A stretch of 32,000 nucleotides of DNA, taken from Opitutales bacterium. Its GTDB lineage: Bacteria > Verrucomicrobiota > Verrucomicrobiia > Opitutales > PNEW01. The DNA is taken from the NCBI GenBank assembly GCA_965219535.1, contig CBDCNV010000002.1, forward strand, positions 510,001 through 542,000. Reading direction: 5' to 3'. The notes under the pieces were generated by a model. It was given only the letters and a program-made list of their open reading frames with translations. It ran no database searches and was not told where the DNA came from. This document shows positions 24,464 through 32,000 of the stretch, one piece after another (positions within the stretch are counted from its first letter, which is position 1; each line of letters starts with the position of its first letter). The translations under genes and the position numbers were made by a program.

Positions 24464-27400
24464 CTAATTCCGCGACTGCGATTTACGGATCAGTTTAAGC
24501 AGACGACGGCGTTCGCGCCAGCCGATCAGGGTCAGGATTAAACCTGCTCCCAGGTAAGTGGAGGGCTCGGGAACCGGTACGATTTCGTTCCCCTCAAAGC
24601 GCGCTCCCAAGGTCAGGCCCGAACCCCATGGATTGACAAAGCGTATCGCGGCTAACTGTGAATTGGTTAACCCCTGCGCTGCAAAAATAATCTGGTCAAT
24701 ACCTCCTCCATTGGTGTCCCCCGTGTAGTCGAGTATTGAGAGGATCTGCCCCGAGGTCGTCCAAGCTACTTCCAGTCCACTACTGTCGGCAAATTCTAGG
24801 ATGCTGGCTCCAGTGCGCACATCGATTGAAGAGTCCGAAGAGAGGGTCAATGTCCCGAGCACATCATCATTGCCATCCGTGTCAAAGATGCCTCCATCCA
24901 AGTCCATGTTCGCGGTGTTGACGATCTGGTTGTCGCCACTTAACAAAAGACTTCCGCTGTTAATGACGATATTGGCGGTTCCGTCGAGGGCATTGCCCGA
25001 TCCGTTATTCAATTCTAATATGCCCGCGTCAATCGTTGTATCTCCGGTAAAGGTGTTAGTTCCAGTCAGGGTGAGGGTCCCGGTGCCCGCTTTGACGATA
25101 TCACCGGTCTCGGAGATCACCCCGGCAAAGGTCGTGCTCGTGGCATCCCCGACGGTCAGTGTTCCGGCACCTAAGAATACTTCAGAAGTGGCGCTGCCGC
25201 TGGTCAGTGATCCGATCGTTTCGGTGAAACTGTTTACGTCGAGGCGTCCGGTCGAGTTGATCGTTACCGCGGAGGTATCGGTGATTTGTTCGTTGCTTCC
25301 GACAAAGGCGATCGCGCTGTTATTGATGATCAAGTCACCTGGGACTGAGGTGCCTCCAGATACATTCATGTTCAAGATGCCAGCGTTTACTGTTGTGCTG
25401 CCGGTGTAAGTGCTGCTGCCCCCGGTGCCCGCTCCCATAAACCAGGTGCTTGTTCCTTCTTTAATAAAATTACCCATCCCGCTGATCGCTCCTCCATTGA
25501 TAATTCCCGCGAGGGCGGCGGTGTCCACGGTGAGGGTGGATCCGTTGAGGTCGATATCACCGGAGATACGCATCGTCGATCCTGATGAGTTCGCGATTGT
25601 GGCATTCGATCCCAGGGTGATGTCCCCGGTCCATTCTTCCAAGCCGCTGTTGGTCCAGAAAAGCGATCCCACTCCCCCTGCGCCAGTGCCATTAACCGTC
25701 AGTGGCTCAGCAGCCATATCGGCGCTGATACTGGAAATTTCAAGGGTTGCTCCGGACTGCACCACCGTCCCGCTGCCCGTGCCACCCAGTGCGTTGGCAT
25801 CTGTAACTTCAAGGGAGCCCGCTTGTACCGTCGTTAAACCCGTGTAGGTGTTGACTCCATCTAATATCAACGTCCCGGTCCCGGTCTTATCGAAGGTACC
25901 GCTTCCCGCCATGATCCCTCCATAGGTCAGCGTCGTTGCGGCGTCGGTTTCGATCGTGCCCCCGCCAGCGTTTAATGCGATCCCCCGGTTGCTGTCTAAA
26001 GTAAAGGTAGCGGTTGTATTAAGCGTGCCGCCGTCAAAGGTGAGATGTCCGGGAGTTGCTGCACCGGGGGCTGCTCCCAGGTTGCTGTCTGCGCTGATGC
26101 TTAGGGTACCATCATTGATCGTAGTCGATCCGCTGTAGGTGTTGACACCCGATAAAGTCAGCGTACCCGTTCCGTCTTTAGTTAAATCTCCGGTCCCCGC
26201 CATGACTCCCCCGTAGGTCAGGGTCGTCCCAAAATCGGTATCAAAAGTGCCGCCGCCGGCTTGGAGATCGATTCCCCGGTTGCTGTCTAAAGTGAAGGTA
26301 GCACTGTTGTTGAGCGTACCGCCGTCAAAAATCAAGTGTCCGGGTGTCGCTGCTCCCGGGGCCGTGCCCAGACCGCTGTCTGCGCTGATGCTCAATGATC
26401 CATCATTAATTGTCGTCGTTCCCGTGAAAGTGTTAACACCTGACAAGGTCAGTGTTCCGGTTCCTTCTTTGACTAGGTCACCGGTCTCAGAGATGATTCC
26501 GGCAAAAGTAGTACTCGTGGCGTCACCGACCGTTAATGTCCCGGTGCCTAAGAATACTTGTGCGGTTGTCGTAGCACCCGTTAACGAACCGATCGTTTCG
26601 TTGTTATCATTAAGGTCGAGTCTACCCGTCGAGTTAATCGTCACCGCAGAGGTATCGACAATGTGGTTAGCTGTACCAAGTATCACTCGATCGGCTCCCG
26701 TTGCCCCAACGCCGTCGCCAATAAATAGATCACCCGTTATTTTGGTCGTTCCTGCTGCGCCCCCCAGCCTTATTCTTCCGGTGTTCACCGTGGCGTCACC
26801 GACGTAATCATTGACTCCGCCAGCATCAAATCTGAATGTGCCGGTCCCTTCCTTAATAAAGTTTCCCGTGCCGGTTAAAATCGCGCCGCCGTTCATGCGT
26901 GCTGTGACATCGTTATCCATCGTGAGATCATTTCCGTTCAGGTCTATGTCTCCGGAAAATCGCATATTACCCGCATCGACGACAATAAGTGAATCGGAGC
27001 CCAACGTGATAGCGCCCGTCCATTGTTCTGTTCCTGTGCCGTCAGTCCAATGCAGGGCGCCATTGACTCCACCCACTCCTGTGCCGTTGATCGTGAGTGT
27101 TTCGGCTGCCATGTTACCGGTAATGTTAGATACCTCTAAAGTCCCCCCAGACTGAACGACTGTACCGGTACCGGTTCCTCCTAGTGCATCGTTGTTTTGG
27201 ATGTCCAGTGTTCCGGACTGTACCGTGGTGGTGCCCGTGTAGGTGTTCGTTCCGCTTAGGGTCAGGGTTCCGCTTCCCGTTTTATCCATGTCACCGGCGC
27301 CAGCAATTTCACCACCGTAAGTCAATGTCGTCGCAGCGTCGGTGTCGATAGTACCATCACCTGCATTTAGAGCAATCCCGCGATTGCTGTCTAAAGTAAA

Positions 27401-28321
27401 AGTAGCAGAAGTGTTGAGGGTACCACCATCAAAAGTGATGTGCCCGGCAGTTGCTACACCAGGCGCTGTACCCAACCCACTGTCAGCACCGATGCTAACG
27501 GTCCCATTGTTAATCGTCGTAGAACCATCGTAAGTATTTACTCCAGATAAGGTAAGCGTACCTGTGCCGTCTTTGATCAGATCGCCGGTGTCAGAGAGCA
27601 CGCCGCTGAAAGTTGTGTCCCCAGCTCCACCTACAGTCAGATCGAAAGTTTGGTTATCAATATTTCCGCTGATCTCTAAACTGCCCGCGTCAGAGTTGAT
27701 CGTCACTGCTGATCCGAGGTCGACTGTTCCCTGCCATTCGTTGGTGCCACCGATGTTTTGTAAAGCCCCAGCTGTTCCCGCTTCTCCAGTCCCGTTTAAA
27801 GTGAGTCCCTCACCCGCAACTGTGGTGATCCCCGTATCGAGGGCTAAGGTACCTCCGCTATTAACTGTTGTGTCGTTGGTGGTGTCGCCGAGGGCACCTG
27901 CGTCTTCGATTTCCAGGACACCATTATTGATCGTGGTAGTTCCGTCATAGGTGTTGTTATTGGTTAAAGTCCAAGTGCCGTCACCCTGTTTGACAATATC
28001 ACCCCGCTCCGAAATCACGCCGTCAAAAGTTGCGTTCGTCGCATCGCCGACCGTCAGCGTTCCCGGTGCCGCGCCACCCAACATCACTTGTGCGGCTGTG
28101 CTCGAACTGGAGAGCGAACCGATGGTGTCGTTCTCATCGGTGAGGTCGAGCAATCCATCGGCGAGAATGATTACCGCGCTCGTGTCAGAGATCTGATCAT
28201 TATTATTGCCGTAATCGACAATTGCGCTGCCGGCCGCTCCAACACCGTCACCGATCGTAAGATCGCCGCTGATGCTACCATTGGCACTAGTTCGTGCTAA
28301 ACGCAGTTGTCCGTCTTCCAC
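24464..28321 (-). CDS. Giant surface protein of autotransporter-associated beta-strand repeats with a C-terminal PEP-CTERM anchor (downstream segment of a gene split by an in-frame TAG)
   Basis: Dozens of G.GTLTLSG.NTY.G.TTIN.GTL units. The C-terminus, VPVPEPSTYLGAGLILTLIGWRERRR, is PEP-CTERM motif + TM + basic tail. There is no signal peptide on this segment. It is in the same frame as 28379-28855. Confidence 0.85.
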   Translation of the reverse strand: MEDGQLRLARTSANGSISGDLTIGDGVGAAGSAIVDYGNNNDQISDTSAVIILADGLLDLTDENDTIGSLSSSSTAAQVMLGGAAPGTLTVGDATNATFDGVISERGDIVKQGDGTWTLTNNNTYDGTTTINNGVLEIEDAGALGDTTNDTTVNSGGTLALDTGITTVAGEGLTLNGTGEAGTAGALQNIGGTNEWQGTVDLGSAVTINSDAGSLEISGNIDNQTFDLTVGGAGDTTFSGVLSDTGDLIKDGTGTLTLSGVNTYDGSTTINNGTVSIGADSGLGTAPGVATAGHITFDGGTLNTSATFTLDSNRGIALNAGDGTIDTDAATTLTYGGEIAGAGDMDKTGSGTLTLSGTNTYTGTTTVQSGTLDIQNNDALGGTGTGTVVQSGGTLEVSNITGNMAAETLTINGTGVGGVNGALHWTDGTGTEQWTGAITLGSDSLIVVDAGNMRFSGDIDLNGNDLTMDNDVTARMNGGAILTGTGNFIKEGTGTFRFDAGGVNDYVGDATVNTGRIRLGGAAGTTKITGDLFIGDGVGATGADRVILGTANHIVDTSAVTINSTGRLDLNDNNETIGSLTGATTTAQVFLGTGTLTVGDATSTTFAGIISETGDLVKEGTGTLTLSGVNTFTGTTTINDGSLSISADSGLGTAPGAATPGHLIFDGGTLNNSATFTLDSNRGIDLQAGGGTFDTDFGTTLTYGGVMAGTGDLTKDGTGTLTLSGVNTYSGSTTINDGTLSISADSNLGAAPGAATPGHLTFDGGTLNTTATFTLDSNRGIALNAGGGTIETDAATTLTYGGIMAGSGTFDKTGTGTLILDGVNTYTGLTTVQAGSLEVTDANALGGTGSGTVVQSGATLEISSISADMAAEPLTVNGTGAGGVGSLFWTNSGLEEWTGDITLGSNATIANSSGSTMRISGDIDLNGSTLTVDTAALAGIINGGAISGMGNFIKEGTSTWFMGAGTGGSSTYTGSTTVNAGILNMNVSGGTSVPGDLIINNSAIAFVGSNEQITDTSAVTINSTGRLDVNSFTETIGSLTSGSATSEVFLGAGTLTVGDATSTTFAGVISETGDIVKAGTGTLTLTGTNTFTGDTTIDAGILELNNGSGNALDGTANIVINSGSLLLSGDNQIVNTANMDLDGGIFDTDGNDDVLGTLTLSSDSSIDVRTGASILEFADSSGLEVAWTTSGQILSILDYTGDTNGGGIDQIIFAAQGLTNSQLAAIRFVNPWGSGLTLGARFEGNEIVPVPEPSTYLGAGLILTLIGWRERRRLLKLIRKSQSRN
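25022..27604 (-). repeat. Large intragenic super-repeats (module of roughly 385-465 aa repeated) inside the surface-protein gene
   Basis: aa ~240-640 and ~705-1100 of the 1285-aa segment are colinear near-copies (for example TFTLDSNRGIALNAGDGTIDTDAATTLTYGG vs TFTLDSNRGIALNAGGGTIETDAATTLTYGG). aa 1-110 recur at ~520-615 and ~990-1075. Near-identical antisense ORF peptides at 25956, 26247 and 27342 show the repeats persist at DNA level. Boundaries are approximate. Confidence 0.7.
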
Positions 28322-28378
28322 GACCGTGTCCCCGGTATAGCTATTGACTCCACCGCTTTGGAAGGTTAGACGTCCACC

Positions 28379-28855
28379 CTATTGCGTTATCCCTCCGGTG
28401 CCTGAGACGTTCCCCTGGATGCGAAAGTTTTGTGTGTTGGCGTTAAAGAAATCGAGATCGTCATTGAGAACTATAGGAGCCAAAATTCTGCTTCTGTCCT
28501 GCATGTCAACGGTGAGCGAGGCATTCCCGCTGCTTACATCAAAAGTAATGGTGTTGCCACCAACGATATTGTATTCCCTGTTCCCGGTGTTGTGAAAGAA
28601 ATCCATCTGCCCGACCGTGACATTGATGTCGACCGTGATAGTGCGATTACCGGTTATGACCGTTCCAAAATTTGCGGTGTCATCAATCGCGTTAGGGGGA
28701 CCACCACCCGGTGTCCAATTGCCGGCACCACTCCAGTTGCCATTGCTGTTCACGTTCCAATCGAAGACTTGCGCCTGCAGCATGGGAGATAAACAGCAGC
28801 TAAAGAAAAACAGCATCAATGCTTTTGCTTTAACGTTTTGGTTGGCTTTTTTCAT
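28379..28855 (-). CDS. Signal-peptide-bearing N-terminal segment of the same beta-strand-repeat surface protein
   Basis: MKKANQNVKAKALMLFFFSCCLSPMLQAQ is a signal peptide. It is followed by W..N..G.W....NW.PGG.P....D.A.F, the usual N-terminal lead-in of these proteins. The segment ends at a TAG (28379-28381) in the middle of a repeat unit. Confidence 0.8.
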   Translation of the reverse strand: MKKANQNVKAKALMLFFFSCCLSPMLQAQVFDWNVNSNGNWSGAGNWTPGGGPPNAIDDTANFGTVITGNRTITVDINVTVGQMDFFHNTGNREYNIVGGNTITFDVSSGNASLTVDMQDRSRILAPIVLNDDLDFFNANTQNFRIQGNVSGTGGITQ

Positions 28856-29184
28856 CTATCGCTAGTTCACCGCAATTATTTATATATATAATATTAGTGG
28901 GAATAGAATATCAGTCAATAATTAATAGGTGAAAATACTGGAAAATATATGAGGTATAAACCCTATTTATTCAATATTCCTACACCCTAGCTCTACAAAT
29001 ATATGAATAACAGTATCTTATTATCATAATTATTGCTCGCTGCTAACAATAGATTGAAAATTTCTATTGTACGCGGGGCGCGTGACGACGCTCAATAAGG
29101 GGGTAATTACAAAGGAGGTTAAAGAAAATAAATTCAAAATTCAAGTCATAAATTTATATCGATATTTTTGAATCTGACCTCTAT
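28856..29184. promoter_or_regulatory. AT-rich divergent intergenic region (probable promoters for the surface-protein gene and the PhyH genes) containing a small palindrome
   Basis: 329 nt with no ORF, markedly AT-rich (ttatttatatatataatatt...). It sits between divergently transcribed genes. An 8-bp inverted repeat, acaataga (29046-29053) / tctattgt (29063-29070), has a 9-nt spacer. No specific promoter consensus was confidently identified. Confidence 0.35.
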
Positions 29185-29970
29185 ATGAATGAACATATGA
29201 ATGAGAGAGAGAATCAACAGAAATTGAAAGCGGACTTTGATCGCGACGGGTATGTTTTTATCCCTGGATTTTTAAAAGGTGAAATATTGCAGGAGCTATT
29301 GGACAATATAGATAGATTCATAGAAACGATTGTTCCAAAGATGCCGCGCGGTACCGTTTACTATGAAGACCTAAACAGACCTGAGACTTTGAAGCAGATA
29401 CAAAGGCTGCATAAATATGATAGTTATTTTGAAAATTTATATTATGGAAATTGTTTTGAAGAGCTGGCGGAGGTTCTTCTCGGGGGTCCGGTAAGCAAGG
29501 AAGCGGATAACTTTCAGTATTTCAATAAACCGCCAAAAGATGGATTGCCGACTCCGCCTCATCAGGATGGTTATTACTTCAAACTTGAACCCTGTGAAGC
29601 CTTGACGATGTGGCTGGCGTTGGAAGAAGTGGACGAAGAAAACGGTTGCGTTCGTTATGTGAAGGGATCTCATCTTCGTGGGATGCGGCCTCATGGCCGA
29701 TCGGGAACGCTGGGATTTTCTCAGGGGATTACGGACTACGGCACGGATGAGGACAAAGCGAATGAAATAGGATTTCACGCCCAAGCCGGTGATTTGCTTG
29801 TACACCAGGCGATGATGATTCATCTTGCCGGAGCAAATACCTCAGCAACGTGCACGCGCAAAGCGATAGGTACGATTTATTATTCCCAGCGCGCCAAAGT
29901 GGATCATGAAGCAAAAGCGGCCCATCAACGTAAAATGAATGAGGATCTAAAAGCGGCGGGAAAAATTTAA
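29185..29970 (+). CDS. Phytanoyl-CoA dioxygenase (PhyH) family Fe(II)/2-oxoglutarate-dependent oxygenase
   Basis: An F.RDGYVFIPGFL opening, the HQDGYY (HxD) iron motif, W.ALE.V..ENG, and a distal His (MMIHLAGAN). Confidence 0.75.
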   Translation: MNEHMNERENQQKLKADFDRDGYVFIPGFLKGEILQELLDNIDRFIETIVPKMPRGTVYYEDLNRPETLKQIQRLHKYDSYFENLYYGNCFEELAEVLLGGPVSKEADNFQYFNKPPKDGLPTPPHQDGYYFKLEPCEALTMWLALEEVDEENGCVRYVKGSHLRGMRPHGRSGTLGFSQGITDYGTDEDKANEIGFHAQAGDLLVHQAMMIHLAGANTSATCTRKAIGTIYYSQRAKVDHEAKAAHQRKMNEDLKAAGKI

Positions 29971-30038
29971 TCACCGTGTTTTACTGCTTGATTGCAGTCA
30001 GTTTTTGAAATATTGATTAGAGATAATTTTATTAAATT

Positions 30039-31013
30039 TTGAAAACAATGTTTACGACTGAAGAGATAGAACAATTTCACCGGGACGGGAATATCGTGGT
30101 GCGCGGTGTTTTTAAAGGCCGGGAACTCGAGGCGTTACAAGAAGCGAGCAAAAAAGTAATGGAGGAAGGAATCACCGGTGAGGGTGAGTTTCATATGTAT
30201 AAGGACAAACCGGATGGGACGAAAACATATTTCCGCAGTGAAATGATGTGGGATCGAGACCCGATTTTTAAAGCAGCTTCTGTCCATCCGGATCTTCTGA
30301 CCTGTTACGGGCAGCTTTTAGGGCATTCCTTTATCCCGTTCGTGGACTCCTTCGTCTGCAAAATACCACGCGGTGAAGTACCAGTTCCCTGGCACCAGGA
30401 CCCACCCTATGGAGTGAAGAAACCGGGCACAGTAAGTGTAGAAAGAAAAGATACTTATGGTATGCCGAATCTCGATGCAGACATCTATCTCGACCGGGCG
30501 ACAATAGAAAATGGGTGCCTATGGGTCATACCCGAACACCACATTGTCGGCCATGTTGAAGTTGTGAGATATTCCGAGGATGAACTCTTTAACAAACTTG
30601 GGGCAATCCCCGTCGAATTGGAACCGGGCGACGTCAACTTCCATTGCCTCTCTGCTCCTCATGGTTCAATCGGGAATAAGACCAACGATCTTCGTCGAAC
30701 ATTTTACATTCACTACATGAATGAGGAGATCTATAAAAATCTCTATGCTGGAATCGACACACCGGGTTATAGAAGGCTCGAATCACGCGGACTTTACACG
30801 GAAAAAGGTATCGCTTTTGCGCACCAAATGGTAGAAGTCCGTAAGGAATTGGGATTGGATGGCCTTGACGACAGTGATATTGAAATGACGAATGAAGGGT
30901 TTGAATTTATCGGTGAACCTAAGACCCCGCCTCGGTACTGGGAGAAACTCATCGGTGAGATGAGCGAAGAGGAGAGGGAACAAAAACGCAAATTACAATC
31001 GGTGATGGTGTAG
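30039..31013 (+). CDS. Phytanoyl-CoA dioxygenase (PhyH) family Fe(II)/2-oxoglutarate-dependent oxygenase (second, divergent copy)
   Basis: FHRDGNIVVRGVF, the WHQDPPY (HxD) motif, IENGCLWVIP and SAPHGS. The track start at 30039 is a TTG; the ATG at 30048 (MFTTEEIEQF) is the more likely start. Confidence 0.7.
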   Translation: MKTMFTTEEIEQFHRDGNIVVRGVFKGRELEALQEASKKVMEEGITGEGEFHMYKDKPDGTKTYFRSEMMWDRDPIFKAASVHPDLLTCYGQLLGHSFIPFVDSFVCKIPRGEVPVPWHQDPPYGVKKPGTVSVERKDTYGMPNLDADIYLDRATIENGCLWVIPEHHIVGHVEVVRYSEDELFNKLGAIPVELEPGDVNFHCLSAPHGSIGNKTNDLRRTFYIHYMNEEIYKNLYAGIDTPGYRRLESRGLYTEKGIAFAHQMVEVRKELGLDGLDDSDIEMTNEGFEFIGEPKTPPRYWEKLIGEMSEEEREQKRKLQSVMV

Positions 31014-31238
31014 GGATAGGTAAAATTTCGATAATGGGTATATGCGTGTAAGCGATTAGGTGGATCGGGTTGCCTGTCGATATAGGTTTAGCGACGGGTG
31101 ATACCCAGCACGCTATGGTTTAAATCATTCTTGTGATTCCATAAAAATGTCGCTGTTCTCAGTTGTTCCTCTTGCATGCCAGGTATAATCCACCTGCAAA
31201 TACGGGACTACTGCATTCTTTAAAATTAATTACAGCCG

Positions 31239-32000
31239 ATGAATTCAGCGTTTGAAAATTTACCCGAAGAATGGCCGGAAGAATTAGGAAATCGATTAGA
31301 GGAAAGTATAAGGCAAACCGACACAAAAGTGGTTGTCATTGATGATGATCCGACGGGGACACAAACGGTCCATGGAATTAACGTGCTGACCGCATGGCCG
31401 GTCGCAATGCTTAAAGAGGAGTTATCCAGCGACCGGCCGGCCTTCTACCTGCTATCGAATTCGAGAAGCGTGGCTTTAGAGAAGGCACAGGAGATGAATC
31501 GGGAAATCGCGATGAATCTTAATCAGGCAGCGCGTGACACCAAATGTGATTTCGCAGTCGTGAGTCGAAGTGATTCTACGCTTCGAGGACATTACCCAGG
31601 TGAAGTAGAGGCGTTAGCAGAATCATTAGGGGAACGATTCGATGGAATTTTTATTATACCGGCATTCATCGAGGGCAATCGAGTCACAGTCGATTCTATA
31701 CATTATATTATCGAGGGTAACTGTTTGGTCCCCGTCAATGAAACAGAATTTGCGAAGGATGCGACGTTTGGTTATATGAATGCAGACCTCGCAGCCTGGG
31801 TAGAAGAAAAAACACAGGGTAGGGTGCGTGAGGCAGAGGTGACGCGCATCACGCTCGATGACTTGCGTAAGGGTGGTCCCAGCGTGGTAGAGCAAAAAAT
31901 GTTAGAGATGAAAGAGGGATGCGTTGGTGTCGTCGATACGGTTACTTATCGTGATCTCGAAGTATTCACCACGGCATTGATTGATGCTGAAGAAAGGGGG
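31239..32000 (+). CDS. Four-carbon acid sugar kinase family protein (DUF1537-like, N-terminal domain), 3'-truncated by the window edge
   Basis: An open frame of 254 codons runs from ATG 31239 to the end of the window. It is absent from the ORF track because there is no stop. VVVIDDDPTGTQTVHG near the N-terminus and SRSDSTLRGH fit my recollection of this kinase family. The antisense ORF at 31626-31895 is therefore spurious. Confidence 0.55.
   Translation, partial: MNSAFENLPEEWPEELGNRLEESIRQTDTKVVVIDDDPTGTQTVHGINVLTAWPVAMLKEELSSDRPAFYLLSNSRSVALEKAQEMNREIAMNLNQAARDTKCDFAVVSRSDSTLRGHYPGEVEALAESLGERFDGIFIIPAFIEGNRVTVDSIHYIIEGNCLVPVNETEFAKDATFGYMNADLAAWVEEKTQGRVREAEVTRITLDDLRKGGPSVVEQKMLEMKEGCVGVVDTVTYRDLEVFTTALIDAEERG

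Noticed and set aside
24736-28300. A series of plus-strand ORFs (60-202 aa, Pro/Val/Ser-rich, several near-identical, e.g. at 25956, 26247, 27342) antisense to the surface-protein gene
   Set aside because: They are mirror-frame artefacts of a long Gly/Thr/Ala-rich repetitive gene, in which stop codons are rare on the opposite strand. Their similarity to one another simply reflects the sense-strand repeats. They have no start or RBS context and no recognisable domains.
28379-28381. The in-frame TAG considered as a genetically encoded pyrrolysine or a genome-wide stop reassignment
   Set aside because: TAG clearly terminates other genes in this window, for example the diheme cytochrome c at 1406-1408. 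No pyl genes are visible. A point nonsense mutation or an error is the simpler explanation.
29112-29118. A strong Shine-Dalgarno-like aaggagg in the AT-rich intergenic region, considered as a possible small-ORF start
   Set aside because: No ATG, GTG or TTG lies at a suitable distance. The frames that follow hit stops within a few codons. It is 67 nt upstream of the PhyH ATG, too far to serve it.
31626-31895. An 89-aa minus-strand ORF listed in the track
   Set aside because: It lies antisense inside a 254-codon plus-strand frame (31239-32000) that carries kinase-family motifs. That frame is missing from the track only because it has no stop within the window.

Overview
The window looks like chromosomal DNA from a PVC-superphylum, Verrucomicrobiota-like bacterium. 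This taxon call is an inference from three things: a PEP-CTERM protein built of autotransporter-associated beta-strand repeats, GxxExxY genes, and PVC-style cytochrome c domains. No rRNA, tRNA, CRISPR array, transposase or integrase was recognised. Coding density is high, and nearly everything from 3.9 to 28.9 kb is on the minus strand.

Gene order:
1. 2-3869 (+): a respiratory-looking operon. It holds the 5'-truncated end of a CydA-like membrane protein, then a diheme cytochrome c, a 4-TM monoheme cytochrome c, and a diheme cytochrome c fused to an ethylbenzene-dehydrogenase-type heme-b domain.
2. 3889-11018 (-): a long co-directional block of HpcH/HpaI aldolase, GNAT, a tandem-USP protein with three PCP_red modules, a radical SAM/SPASM enzyme with a PCP_red tail, a small Zn-ribbon/PCP_red protein, and a divergent Mrp-like ATPase. 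A small GxxExxY (PD-(D/E)xK) gene flanked by inverted repeats is inserted in this block.
3. 11125-12900: a small membrane protein, a second inverted-repeat-flanked GxxExxY cassette, and a CusF-like/SCO1 copper chaperone.
4. 13068-22754 (-): an Opp/Dpp-type ABC importer. Its OppB-type permease is present as two tandem paralogs of about 1100 aa, each fused to a family-5 substrate-binding domain.
5. 22840-24378 (-): MocA/MobA-like and XdhC-like Moco maturation genes.
6. 24464-28855 (-): a giant repetitive PEP-CTERM surface protein split by one in-frame TAG.
7. 29185-32000 (+): two PhyH-family dioxygenases and the start of a four-carbon acid sugar kinase-like gene.

The best candidate for an undescribed system is the PCP_red-linked radical SAM / Mrp-like ATPase / USP cluster at 5.6-11.0 kb. 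The doubly tethered SBP-permease fusions and the bd-like/cytochrome c/EB_dh operon come next.

All family assignments rest on motif recognition by eye. No database search was run.
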